A DNA stretch of 64,000 bases from Rhynchobatus australiae (lineage: Eukaryota): positions 6,395,243-6,459,242 of the forward strand of contig JAUZTB010000068.1 in the NCBI GenBank assembly GCA_034780895.1, written 5' to 3'. Of this stretch, positions 1-12,209 are shown in pieces. The translations under genes and the position numbers were made by a program. A model generated the notes under the pieces. It saw only the letters and a list, made by a program, of their open reading frames with translations. It did no database searches and was not told the DNA's origin. How positions within the stretch are numbered: the first letter of the stretch is position 1; every line of letters starts with the position of its first letter.

Positions 1-500
1 AAGAGTCTCTTAAATGTCCCTAATGTATCTGCCCCCACAACCTCTGCCGGCAGTGCATTCCATGCACCCACCACTCTGTGTAAAAAAACTTACCCCTTAT
101 ACCTTCCTCCAGTCACCTTAATATTATGTCCCCTCGTGTTAGCCATTGTCGCCCTGGGAAAAAGTCTCTGACTGTCCACTCCACCTATGCCTCTTATCAT
201 CTTGTGCACCTCTATCAAGTCACCTCTCATCCATCTCTCCAAAGAGAAAAGCCTGAGCTCACTCAACCTATCCTCTTAAGACATGCTCTCAAATCCAGGC
301 AGCATCCTGGTAAACCTCCTCTGCACCTTCTCTAAAGCTCCCAAATCCTTCCTATAAAGAGGTGACCAGAACTGAACACAATACTCCAAGTGTGGTCTAA
401 CCAGAGTACTATAGAGCTGCAACATCACCTCGCAACTCTTGAACTCAATACCCAGACTAATGAAGACCAACACTCCATACGCCTTCTTAACAACCCACAT
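1..500 (-). mobile_element. CR1-clade LINE 3' fragment (decayed RT C-terminus)
   Basis: Minus ORF 276-542 reads LYSTLVRPHLEYCVQFWSPLYRKDLGALEKVQRRFTRMLPG, the typical CR1 ORF2 C-terminal motif. Confidence 0.85.
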
Positions 501-1289
501 CTGCATCTGCAACTTTTTTGATTTCTGGATGGTCTCAGCCATCTGCTGTCACCCTGGAGAAGTAATATTCTGCTGGAGAACCCCCACACCATTAAATTGC
601 AGAGTTGCTAAAAATATCCATCATGCAACAAGGGATGCCACTCATTTAATCTCAATAAACCTGCCAGACCTCTCAAGGTCAAGGCATACCCGCTTCGTTC
701 TCTCATGCAGCTTGGCACATTTGTTACCTTTATCAAGGACTTGTTCATTTCTTTCCAGCTGCTGCTCTGAATAATGTTGCATTATATATGCAGAAAATTA
801 GACTGTTCCTTTTAAAACGTAAAATGGTTATTACTATATCTCCTGACAGCAGCAAAAAAGCCACTTTCATCTGTATAAACCTTGTTCAAACACAGAATCA
901 TGAATATTTCATTTCTCCTGGATTTCAGAATCAAAATGAGTTCATAAGCGAGTAAAATCATTCACAAATTATTGAACTCAGAAGACTCATCAAATTTCAG
1001 TTTACCGTCAATTATCACAGAAACACCTCACAAGAATAGATACTCCTGGTGTGAAAAAAAAAACTCAAGATGTAGAAAGGAGTTTTATTAAATATCAGGG
1101 GTCCGTCACCTCAAGCAAAACATGACATAAGAAAGAAATCTTGACTGCAGTTAAGAACTGGAGCAGGAAACTAATGATTGCTGAGTTGAGGGTCAGCCCA
1201 CAATTCGAAAGCAAGCTTGGCCAAGCTATCAAAGATGACATCAGAGGTAGGAGAGAGGAAATTCAATGAACAACTCATACTGGAGGGTC

Positions 1290-1990
1290 TTAGATTCATA
1301 CAACAAAGAAACAGGCTCATAGAGTTAGATGACACAGAAACAAGCCCAACTGGTGCATGTTGACCATGTTACCCATCCAAGCTAGTCCCATTTGCCAGCA
1401 TTTGGCTCGTAACCTTCTAAACCTTTCCTATCCATGTACCTGTCCAATTGTCTTTTAAATGTTGTTATTGTACTTGCCTCAACCACATTCTCTGGCAGCT
1501 CATTCCACATATGTACCACCCTCTGTGTAAGAAAAGTTGCCCCTCAAGTTCCTATTAAATCTCTCCCCTCTCACTTTAAACCCATGCCCTCCAGTTCTTG
1601 ATTCCCCAACCCTGGGAAAAAGACTGGGTGCATTCACCTTATCTATGCCCCTCATGATTTTATACACCTCTATAAGATCACCTCTCCATCTTCTATGCTC
1701 CAAGGAATAAAGTCCCAGCCTGTCCAACCTCTCCCTATAACTCAGTCTCTTAAGTCCTGGCAACCTCCTTGTAAATCCTTTCTGCACTCTTTCCAGTTTA
1801 ATAACATCTTTCCCAAAGCAGGGTGACCAAATTTGAACACAATACTTCAAGTGCAGCCTCACTAGCGTCCTGTACAACCGCACCATGACCTCCCAACTTT
1901 TATACTCATGATGAAGGCCAGCATGCCAAGCACCTTGTTCACCTCCGTCTACCTGTTAGGCTACTTTCAGGGAACTATGTAACTAAACTC
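1290..1990 (-). mobile_element. CR1-clade LINE 3' fragment
   Basis: ORF 1500-1886 (-): LYRTLVRLHLKYCVQIWSP...LERVQKGFTRRLPGL...RGDLIEVYKIMRGID...TGGHGFKVRGERF, followed by a CR1-like 3' tail. Confidence 0.88.
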
Positions 1991-2399
1991 CAAGGTCCTT
2001 CTGTTCCACAAGACTCCCCAGGGTTCATTGGCCGACTGAGTCCATGCCCACATGAAGCACTATTTACACCCTTCCTACACTGATCCCATTTTATTCTCCC
2101 CACATTCCCAGCGACTTCACCCAGATTCCGCAACCTACACACTAGGGGAAAAGTTACAGTAGCCAATTAACCTACCTACCTCCATGTCTTTGGGCTGTGG
2201 GAGGAAACTGGAGCACTCACCACTGCATGCTCAACGTTGACTCCAGACTCACAATGTCTCAGGTGAAACATGAACAATGATACCTCCTCTTCAATCCCAC
2301 CTGCCATTCACTGCCAGCTGGATGTTTAAGAATTCAGGAGCATTGGCAATATGATAAGAAGGCAGCCTCCTGGATATTCCCTGCTGAACAGAGCATGAC

Positions 2400-3175
2400 A
2401 CATAGAACAGAATACAGCAAAGGAACAGGCCCTTCGGCCCACGATGTTGTGCCAGACTAATTAAACTAGTAATTAAATGCCTAACTAAACCAATCACTTC
2501 TGCCTACACAATGTCTGCATCCATCCATTCTTTGCATAGTCATGTGCCTGTCTAATTAAATACCTCTATCTTATTTGCCTCCACTACCACCCCAGGCAGC
2601 ACATTCCAGGCACTCATTACTCTCTGTGTAAAAAATTTGCCCCACACATCTCCCTTGAACTTACCCCCCTCAATTTAAATGCATGCCTTCTAGTATTAGA
2701 CATTTCGATCCTGGGAAAAAGATACCGGCTGTCTACTCAATCCATGCTTCTCATAATCTTATCAACTTCTATCAGGTCTCCCCTCAGCCTCCACCGCTCC
2801 AGAGAAAACAACCCAAGTTTGTCCAACCTCTCCTTATAGCTCATGCCCTCTAATTCAGTCGGTATCCTGGTAAATCTCTTCTGCACCCTCATCCTTCCTA
2901 TAATGAGGTGACCAGAATTGAATGCAATACTCTAGATGTGGCCGAACCAAAATTTTATAAAGCTGCAACATAACTTCTTGACTCTTGAATTCAGTACCTC
3001 AACTGATAAAGGCAAGCGTGCCGTACGCCTTCTTCACCATCCTATCAACCTGTGCAGCCACTTTCAGGGAGCTATGGACTTGGACCCCAAGATCCCTCTG
3101 TCCATCAACACTGTTAAAGCTCCTGCCATTAACTGTGTACTGTCCCTTTACATTTCATCTCCCAAAGTGCAACGT
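2400..3175 (-). mobile_element. CR1-clade LINE 3' fragment
   Basis: Same motifs as the neighbouring CR1 copies (tgaccagaattgaatgcaatactc, atcaggtctcccctcagcctcc, tail ggcccttcggcccac). Confidence 0.8.
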
Positions 3176-4479
3176 GAGACACCAAGAGAAAACAGGGGAA
3201 ACAAAATCAGAATCACTCAGCAATGGAGGAGACCATTTATCCCATTTTTTGTTTGCCCTCAACTTAATTCTACTCCCCAGTTCTTTGCCCATGGTTCTGA
3301 CAGTTTCTCTTTTATGAATTAACCATTTCCCTTTTAAAAATTACAATTGAATCTGCTTCCTTTACTGCTTCAGGCAGGGTATTCCAGATCACAATTGAAT
3401 CGACAGGAATAAATGGGTTTGAACTCTTCACGTTAATACACTTCCAATGGAGTTTCTATATTTTAGTTTGAGCATCTAAAAAAAAGAGATGCTAGGCAAC
3501 CCATTAAATTGTGGGAATGCAAATTAATCTTTAAAATATGCAACTGATGGGGCCCAGAGGTACAGTCAGCTGCAGAGTGAGACCGCTGTCTGCTACTGTC
3601 ATATATCAATTCAATGCAGATCCCTGGCACCCAACAACTGTGATCACAGAAGCCAATCACAATGAACTCTGATAGGCAGCAAACCAGGAAGCAAAAAAAA
3701 AAGTTTTATTTAACCTATTGAACATTGCACAGAGTGCTAAATCATGTATGTCTTGATCTTTAAGTTGAATCATTCTAAAATTTCTTGTTTTGAAATATTC
3801 ATGAGGAAATTACAATACATAGTTATAAAATTAGCTTAAGGTCAAATAGTTTGCTAAGCAGTAATTATAGTTTAGTACACCACATTAAAAACCTACCCAG
3901 ACTAATGTGCAAGCTTTTTAAGGTATTTTACAGCAAGACAAGTTCAAGTTTGGCTAATTGTAGTGGAATGCTAAGACATACACAGCAACTCTGGGATTCT
4001 CATGTTACAGTTCACAAGGTAAGAAATCCAGGCGTTTCTGCAAATTGTTCATTGTAATGATGGAAAATGTGAACTTTGCTATAACGACTACCACAATATT
4101 GGGGCAATCCTTGCCTCAAGTTCCTTTCTTCAGGAATTATTTTTTAATTGGGCCATAAAGGGAGGAGTCTGGGCAACTTATACATTGATACAACTTGCAC
4201 ACTGCTCTATATACTTGTCCTCCGAAATTTTGGGTTGCAACATCAGCAGGTGCCACATTTGTCCCGGTACATTCCCTTGAAGAGCAGACCTCTTTCACTT
4301 GATGTCTCATCCTCATAACTGTTGTGACTTTGATTGAGCCACACTGGTGCTGTAGATATAACAGGTCTTTATTCAGCATGAACAGACATTCAGGAGACAT
4401 GGTGGAAGAACCTCCTGGGAGAATCTCTCGTAACTCAAAAGTACATTGAGGTTTTATACTCTTTAAGCACAAAGTTAGT

Positions 4480-4910
4480 GATTGGTAATTGCTCTATTAT
4501 TGTCATTTGTACTGAGATACAATGAAAAAGTTTGTTTTACATGCCATCGAGACAGATCATTCCAAACGTGAGTACAGAGGCAGTACAAAGGGTAAAGCAA
4601 AAACAGAATGCAGAATATAGTGTCACAACAACAAGAAAAAGTGTAGTGCAGGTAGACAAATAAGGTGCAATGGCCATGATGAGGTAGACTGAGAGATCAG
4701 GAGTTCAGCTTTATTGTACAAGAGGTCCATTCAAGAGACTTATAACAGTGGATGGAAGCTGTCCTTGAGCCTGGCTCTCAAGCTTTTGTACCTTCTGCCC
4801 AATTGGAGGGGGGTGGGGAGAAGAGAGAATGGCCAGGGTGGGAAGGGTCCTCAATTATGCTGGCTGCTTTCATGAGGCAGTGGGAAGTGTGGACAGAGTG
4901 AATGGAGGCT
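4480..4910 (-). mobile_element. Rex1/Babar-like LINE 3' fragment
   Basis: Shares the tail tattattgtcatttgtactgagatacaatgaaaa and gaagctgtccttgagcctgg with the copy at 6060-6775. Confidence 0.65.
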
Positions 4911-5679
4911 TGGAAACGCTCTGCCTGAGGTGGCAAGAGTGAGCCTGGCCCTTTAAATAATCTTCAGAGTGAACCTTCAGTTATAAGCCAGTTCCTCTGT
5001 CAGTGATCAGCACCAGTTGTGATTCAAACTAATGTGGTTCCAAATCTAGCTAGAGACAACCTTAGAGTGTGGTACTACTATTGACATTAGCCGGGCAAGC
5101 TGTATGCCAGAAAATGGGTGCTGGGATACACAAAATTCTCACACCCAGCAGCACATTAAAAATTGGTATTAACTTGCTCAGAAATGTGTGTGTGAAATCG
5201 ACTAATGCTACATTAGTGCAATTTTCATCACCGCATGCCAGCTTTTTTGTCGGTCTCACGCAGGTGAATTTCTAGGTCTTGCTAGCAAGAAATGAGTCAG
5301 CATCTTCAGGGAAAGAGTTAAGTAAGGGGAAAAGATAAGAGCTTTCCCCTTGTGGTTAGATGTCTTGACCAGTAATAATAATCAACAACAAGACTGATGA
5401 AAATATCAACTATTCTAAAATGAAATTAATGTCATCAGTATCTTTAGGGATTCCCATTAGTTTGGAAATTCATAATACCTCTGTTTGTGACTCTTAATTC
5501 TACAATCAATGTTTAAAACAGAAAATGCCAAAAATATTTAGTTTAAAACAGAAATGCAGCAGAGACTCAGCAGGTCAGGCAACACGTGTAGAAAGAGCAA
5601 AACTATTAACGTTTCAGGTCAAAGACCCTTCAAGTATCTTATCTAAAGTGTTAACTTTTTCATTTTTCACAGATTTGGT

Positions 5680-5960
5680 ATTGGTATTGGTTTATTATTG
5701 TCACTTGTACTGAGATACAGTGAAAAACATGTCTTGCATACTGATTGTACAGGTCAATTCATTACACAGTGCAGGTACATTGAGNNNNNNNNNNNNNNNN
5801 NNNNNNNNNNNNNNNNNNNNNNNNNNNNNNNNNNNNNNNNNNNNNNNNNNNNNNNNNNNNNNNNNNNNNNNNNNNNNNNNNNNNGGTTTCTGTAATGGAC
5901 TGGGCTGTGTCCACAACTCTCTGCAATTGCTTGCGGTCTTGGGCAGAGCAGTGGCCAGAT
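5680..5960 (-). mobile_element. Rex1-like LINE fragment spanning an assembly gap
   Basis: ggtattggtattggtttattattgtcacttgtac tail and ctgggctgtgtccacaactctctgca core, both shared with 6060-6775. Confidence 0.65.
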
Positions 5961-6059
5961 TAAATACAGTTTCAATTGTTACAATTCTGTAGTTTACTTC
6001 AATTCTTTTGGACATAAACATTGATTCTACAGAACTACAAATTTACAGTGGGAGCACAC

Positions 6060-6775
6060 TGGTATTGGTATTAGTTTATTATTGTCACTTGTACCGCGGT
6101 ACAGTGAAAAACTTGTCCTGCATACCGATCGTACAGGTCAATTCATTACACAGTGCAGTTACATTGAGTTAGTGCAGAGTGCATTGATACAGTACAGGTA
6201 AAAACAATAACAGGACAAAGTATCACAGCTACAGAGGAGGTGCAGTGCAGGTAGACAATCAGGTGCAAGGTCACAACAAGGTAGACTGTGAGGTTAAGAG
6301 TCCATCTCATCGTATAAGGGAACCTTTCAATAGTCTTACCACAGTGGGATAGAAGCTGTCCTTGAGCCCGGTGGTATGTGCCCTCAGGCTCCAGTATCTT
6401 CTGCCTGATGGGAGAGGAGAGAGAATGTCCCGGGTGGGTGGAGTCTTTGATTATGCTGGCTGCTTCACCAAGGCAGTGAGAGGTAAAGATGGAGTCCATG
6501 GAGGGGAGGCTGGTGTCCATGACGCGCTGGGCTGTGTCCACAACTCTCTGCAGTTGCTCATGGTCCTGAGCAGACCAGTTGCCATACCAAGCCACGATGC
6601 ATCCAGATAGGATACTTTCCATGGTGCACCGATAAAAGTTGGTAAGTGTCAAAGGGGACATACCGTATTTCTTTATTCTCCTGTGGAAGTAGAGGCGCTG
6701 GTGAGCTTTCTTGGCCATGGCATCTATGTAATTGGACCAGGACAGGCTATTAGTGATGTTCACTCCTAAGAACAT
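6060..6775 (-). mobile_element. Rex1/Babar-like LINE 3' fragment (RT C-terminus, DUF1891-like)
   Basis: ORF 6146-6802 (-): LSWSNYIDAMAKKAHQRLYFHRRIKKYGMSPLTLTNFYRCTMESILSGCIVAWYGN...LQRVV...IIKDSTHPGHSL. Multicopy within the window. Confidence 0.8.
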
Positions 6776-8188
6776 CTTAACTAATAAGACACTTATGAAC
6801 ATTCAAGCACTTTCATTGGTAATCCAGATACCTGAATCAGCCTTCTTTTCCCAATGTATTGAGGAATGGCTTCTGGATATCAGTTGGCAGAACAAATATG
6901 CCATCACCATGAAGTGCTAAACGACAAACTAATCAGTCTGGAACCTTTCTTGATCTCTGTAACAATGGCGCAATATATCCTAGTCGAAGATGTCTGGTTT
7001 GATGTAGGCCAATTAATACAGTTCTATATTTCGCCAATGCATACGAGAATGTTTCATGGTCATATAAGTTTCCAAAGCACATCATTTAAGTGGCCTCCTG
7101 CTGTGAGCTGGCAATCTGCTCCCTTCACAGACAGCTATGTTTATTCATACAGCTGTCCCTGTAATTTCAAAACTAATTACAGCTTGTAGGTTACATTTGG
7201 AATAGTTTGATGCCTAGTCTTGTTTGTACTAATGGCTCCTGATTACAAATGCTTTTTCCCCAATCTCTAACACTACAACCATCTCAAGAATGAAGGATAC
7301 AGTACTTCCCTGCAGTTGGTGGGATTCAGCAGAGTGGGTGAAGACGCAAGTGTTCAGCTTCACGTTGCAACCTTTTCGATCCTTGCAACCTGCGCCGCAA
7401 GTTTCCATGGATTGTGCACAGTTTGCAACGTGAGCAGATGTGGCTCAGGTGGACCATGAACAGTTTGTGAAAAGATGCTGGGGATTTTTCGGAAAGGGCA
7501 TTATCCTAAAACTGAAGTCCCTAAATTAATGAGGGCTATGTACACAGGTACAACGAACCATCTGCTGGAAGAACTCAGCAGGTTGAGCTGCATCTGTGGG
7601 AGGGAAGGAATTGTCGATGTTTCAGATCGAAACCCTACCTCAGGACTGGTGCATCCTAAACACTGTCTTTCCAACCAGCCTCTTAATATTTATTGCATTC
7701 AAAATATGGGAACTCTAGTTTCAAATTACTAGTTGGAATTATTCATTGAATATACTAGATTCAGTACAGCACTTGGGGGCTATGATAAAATCAGAAAATA
7801 CCAGGAATACTCAGCTGCTCAGTCAGCATATATGGAGGCAGAACTGCTGGCTACAAGGCGCACAGTAACACGTTCCATAAGAAGCAACAATGGTGGGTTG
7901 AATGGCCTTCTCCTACATGATGCAGGCACAGTCTGCTTAACCTCTCCTCGTCCAACAAACCCGCTGGCACAGGACTGTCATATTTCCATGCCTCTGCACT
8001 GCAGGGAGTAAGCTATGAATGCACCAGTGGGCAGATGGACATGCATCTGGCCCTTGTCCTATTCACCATCAAGCCCAGAACCATAGCGGAGTCGGTGGGC
8101 TGGATTTAATTCCTATCTCCCCTCCAGATTTATGTCAGATATTAGTGATTTAACCAGGATGGCCCCATTCATGTTAATAATTAACAGC

Positions 8189-8688
8189 TGTTACGAACCA
8201 GCAACAAAAGAAACACACCGAGACATGTATAAGTGTTAAAATCTTCTTTATTAATAACTACATATGATAATAAGAAAAATAAAAGTAAAAATGTTAGAAT
8301 GTTAGAAGTAAAAATGTTAACCCCCCAACATTAACCCCAAAAACTAACTAAACTTGTGTGTGTGTGGCAAATTCCCAAACTCCACATCCAGGAATGGTTC
8401 TTAAAGTTCAGTTCAGCAAGCCATAAGGTGNNNNNNNNNNNNNNNNNNNNNNNNNNNNNNNNNNNNNNNNNNNNNNNNNNNNNNNNNNNNNNNNNNNNNN
8501 NNNNNNNNNNNNNNNNNNNNNNNNNNNNNNCTGTCTCTCTCTCTCTCTCTCTCCTTCAGACTGACTCCCACTGGCTGTTCCAACAACAACGTCATGACGT
8601 TCTTTATCTCCTGTTGACATAAGCACACCACACACACACACTCTCTCTATCTAAAAGGGACGCTCACTAATAGTCCTAGTCCGTAACA
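8189..8688 (-). mobile_element. LTR element (solo LTR, or a collapsed element across a gap) with 4-bp TSD
   Basis: Ends TGTTACG...CGTAACA form a 7-bp inverted repeat with TG..CA termini. CAGC flanks both sides (8185-8188 and 8689-8692). Minus-strand AATAAA at about 8250. A 100-N gap lies inside. Confidence 0.75.
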
Positions 8689-10029
8689 CAGCCTTTTTAA
8701 AAAATAACTTAAAATGATTAACACTTTAACTGTTCTTCAAAGATATTTGAAAATGGTGAAAAGGCCTTTGACAGCACGGGCTGTCGGCAGTCATCACTTC
8801 ACCATCGACGGCTCTTCAACATGGGGCCAGCAAGCCAATGACACCAGCAGGGTCTGAGGAGCCACAAGTCAATGTGCCTGTGGGGTGTGTGCCCCGCAGC
8901 CCATGACCCAGCCCCAATATTTCGGTCCAGGTGAAGGGTCTCGATCCAAAGCATCGACTGTCCATTTCCCTCCAGCGAGTTCCTCCAGCGTTTTGTGTGT
9001 TGCTCCAGATTCCACTGTCTGCAGTCTCTTGTGTCTCCAATATTTCAATGACCGTTCATCAGAACTGGGAAAAGCTACGTCCATATACAAGGAAATCCCT
9101 GGGTCACAGTTTAATGATATAATTAGGTTTAAATGTATTCATAACACCACAAGGTTAAAGTTAGTTTATTAAATGCTTACAGTGGCCAATGGATCAGGCC
9201 ACATGCAGGGGATGGTTTTTATTCAAAGTCGTATCACTTGCATCCTCTTTGAGAATGGAGATCAATATCATTCTCTTCATTACTACAGAATTAGTATCAC
9301 TCCAAATTAATTAGATGAACAGATTAATCAATGCTCCAAGCATGCATATTTGTGAATTAATTATTCAAAGATCTGAATTCACAATTCAGTACACACAAAC
9401 TTTGCTGTCTCCAAATCGTCAGAGCTCCTTCCTTTTGCATTTACAGACTTAAATGTCCCTTGGCTCAGAGCTGTCAGACTTTCTATTATAGGAGATGATA
9501 TTGCCTTTTGAATGGCATGGGATGGCTCTGGTCTTGGGCAAATTACTGGGGCGGTGGTTCAGGCATTACTATTGACAATTTCACCACTGTGGAGCCCCCC
9601 AAGGAGGAAATCCTGATTGAGTTCATCGACAAGGTCACTGACTGCCTCGTGGTGAAAGTGTGGATTTCCACGGAGAACAAAGTTAAGGCAAACTGTGAGG
9701 ACTTCTGCAGCTGAATGTCTTGCTGCCTCAAGTTATGCAAAAGCTTTTCAAATACAATAGGGGAGGGTGGAGAGCACCCACAGAGCAAAAGGACAGCGTG
9801 AGCAGAAAAGATTACTGGAAACAAAGGCACACTTGTGCATCTATTATCAGTGTTTCAGCTACCATCAATTCCCTTCCTGTCACTACCACACCCCTTTTAC
9901 CACCACATTCCCCACTGTCCACGATGAAATAGCAAAGTGCAAGGACGGTCAATTCAGCACATGACAAACCAAATACAAATGACAACGCCTTTGCTCAACC
10001 CACGTGTGACTCACAGCCTCTGGTTATCT

Positions 10030-10560
10030 AACAGCTTATTTGTCCATCCCCCTCTGACCTCTCACTACTACTTTTTAAGCAGTCCCTCGGGATCGAGGAC
10101 GATTTGCTTCCGCCCCAGATCGTTTTGGAGGTGGCTGATGAGGCAAGTCTACCGTGTGACCTGCAGTTTCTCGGCAGGAGGAGCTGAGGTGGGTAAACTT
10201 TGGAGAAGGCGTACTCATGCACGGACTCACATTTCCCAATACCATCCCAAATGCTCCTTCTCCATTTTGAGCTCTCATGGGACGGAGACTCCCAGGATTC
10301 ATGAGCATGTTGCATTTTTCAAAGGAGGTTTGGGAACATCCTTGAATATTTTTCTCTGTCGAGTAACCCTCGTTATGAGGCAGAGCTCAGAGCAGAATGT
10401 TTAAGGAGTCTGGTACCAGGCATACAAACAACATACCCTGCCCAAAAGAGCTGGTTGTGTAATTAGGGCCTCAGTGCTAGGGAAAAGACACTAACATTGG
10501 TTCATCTGTGATCTTCTGCACTGTGGTGTCAGACCATTGCAAGCTGCTCTCTGCAGATCT
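10030..10560 (-). mobile_element. RTE-clade LINE 3' fragment, decayed
   Basis: Minus-strand translation across frameshifts resembles the RTE ORF C-terminus (PSTEALIT..., ...ESWESPSHESSKWRRSIWDGI). Confidence 0.6.
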
Positions 10561-10624
10561 ACTCATTACTTCTATTGTAATCATCCTACTCTTTTAAATC
10601 TAAATTCTAAGCTTGGTAACTAAA

Positions 10625-10770
10625 ACACTTTATTCTGCATTCTGTTATTGGTTTTCCCTTGTACTACCTCCATGCACTGATGTGATGAAATGATCTGTAT
10701 GGATGGCATGAAAAACAAAGTTTTCCACCGTACCTCTGTACATGTGACAATAATAAACCAATTTACCAAT
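10625..10770 (+). mobile_element. Rex1-like LINE 3' tail
   Basis: Reverse complement of the tails at 4480 and 6060 (cactttattctgcattctgttattg...catgtgacaataataaaccaat). Confidence 0.6.
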
Positions 10771-11859
10771 TTTACCAGTTAAACTCCATGCAAGAACAGC
10801 TGATATTTCACTAGGTACATGTGGCCTTTCAAACTGAGTGGTGGAGTGGTGTTCAACCCTGACACTAACCCACATGGTTAAGGAAAAACTGCAAACACTA
10901 CACAGTGTCCGAAGTTGGGATTGAACCAGAGTCCCTGAGGCAGGAGCACTAACTGTACTACCATGTTAGATCAATTAGATCTATCACAAGGGTTGGTGAG
11001 TGATCTATTAAACAAATTCAGAGTCATTCACTACAGAAATGTACTGCAAGACAACACTGCAATAAATTAACAACATGAATGAGGACACATTGCTTGATAA
11101 ACTGAAATAATGTGTAATTAGAGAGACTGTATTCATTCCTCTTTTGATTATATATTCATGATTCACAAGAAAGCAGCAGCTCCCAAGACTTAAATAATTA
11201 TTGTAATGATGAACTCATCTTGGCATGATTCAAGAACAGATCTCAAATGTAAGAAAAGTGCAATTAAAAATGAAAGGTTAACTTGAAGTATTAAGTACAG
11301 AATCAATTCTGTAAAACAATTTTATCTGATCTACTGAATGCCACTATTTACATATCGGCAGGACACAATTTTAAAACTGTCAACATTACATAATTTGCCA
11401 GCAGAAAAGTTATGTTATGTCTCAGTACAGTGCTCTCCTGTGCATTTGTTTGAGAAGGAGAAGGTAGGAGGAGGAAAGTACCAGAAAATTTAAAATATAC
11501 TTTCATTTATAAACAGTTTTGAATGAAGTGTGCAATAATGGAAACTTAACCCCTCTTGCAGATGCAAAGTTAAGTGCAATGTAATTAAGATGTTAGTGTG
11601 GCAGAGATTAAAGAGAGGGAGCCAGGGGTTTCTTGACCCGGCACTGGAAACTGTTCAGTGAGATAAGTTACTGCTCGCTTCTGGAAATCAAGACTTGTGT
11701 CAACATTTTAAAATGTACCAATAGACTGGGAATGTAGAAGCCTCCACAGTGGCCCCATGTTAAATCTGATGTTGAATTAGAAGTATCGGTTAGGCACAGG
11801 CTTGGCTATGGTGACATTATCAGCGATAAACAAGATGTTTTAGGAGAAAACACCTTGTA

Positions 11860-12209
11860 CAGTAAAATAGTTTATCTGGCACACTCAGGACTTGGGTGGT
11901 GCTGGACTAACAGATATTGTGGACTATTGGATGTTATTCCCAGTAATACTCCAACACTTAATTCCATTTTTAAATATTACGCAGTAGTATATTAAATTTT
12001 CCAGCAAACCAGGTGACTTTTACATGAACAAGAACCCTGGTGTGTTCCAGAGTGTGGGAACAGGAGTCCCAGTGAGCTGATGGGAATGCAGGAACAGGGC
12101 TCCAGTGAGTTTAAAGGGAGTGCGGGAATAAATAAGTATCCGGTGGGCCAGATGCTGAACCATCAGAATTCCTCAACAAACAAATAGCAGTTTAATCAGA
12201 GTTTTACTG
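11860..12209. mobile_element. Non-autonomous DNA transposon (MITE), Tc1/mariner-pogo/Tigger-like
   Basis: Ends ta|CAGTAAAA ... TTTTACTG. Internal sequence matches the inverted copy at 28857-29172. Confidence 0.6.

Noticed and set aside
5200-5217. ACTAATG-cta-CATTAGT short inverted repeat
   Set aside because: A 7-bp stem is expected by chance in 64 kb, and it lies outside the inferred transcript.
6146-6802. 218-aa ORF that could be annotated as an ALKBH8-like/DUF1891 gene
   Set aside because: It is a multicopy Rex1-like LINE RT C-terminus (related copies at 14835, 16352 and 24910), not a host gene.
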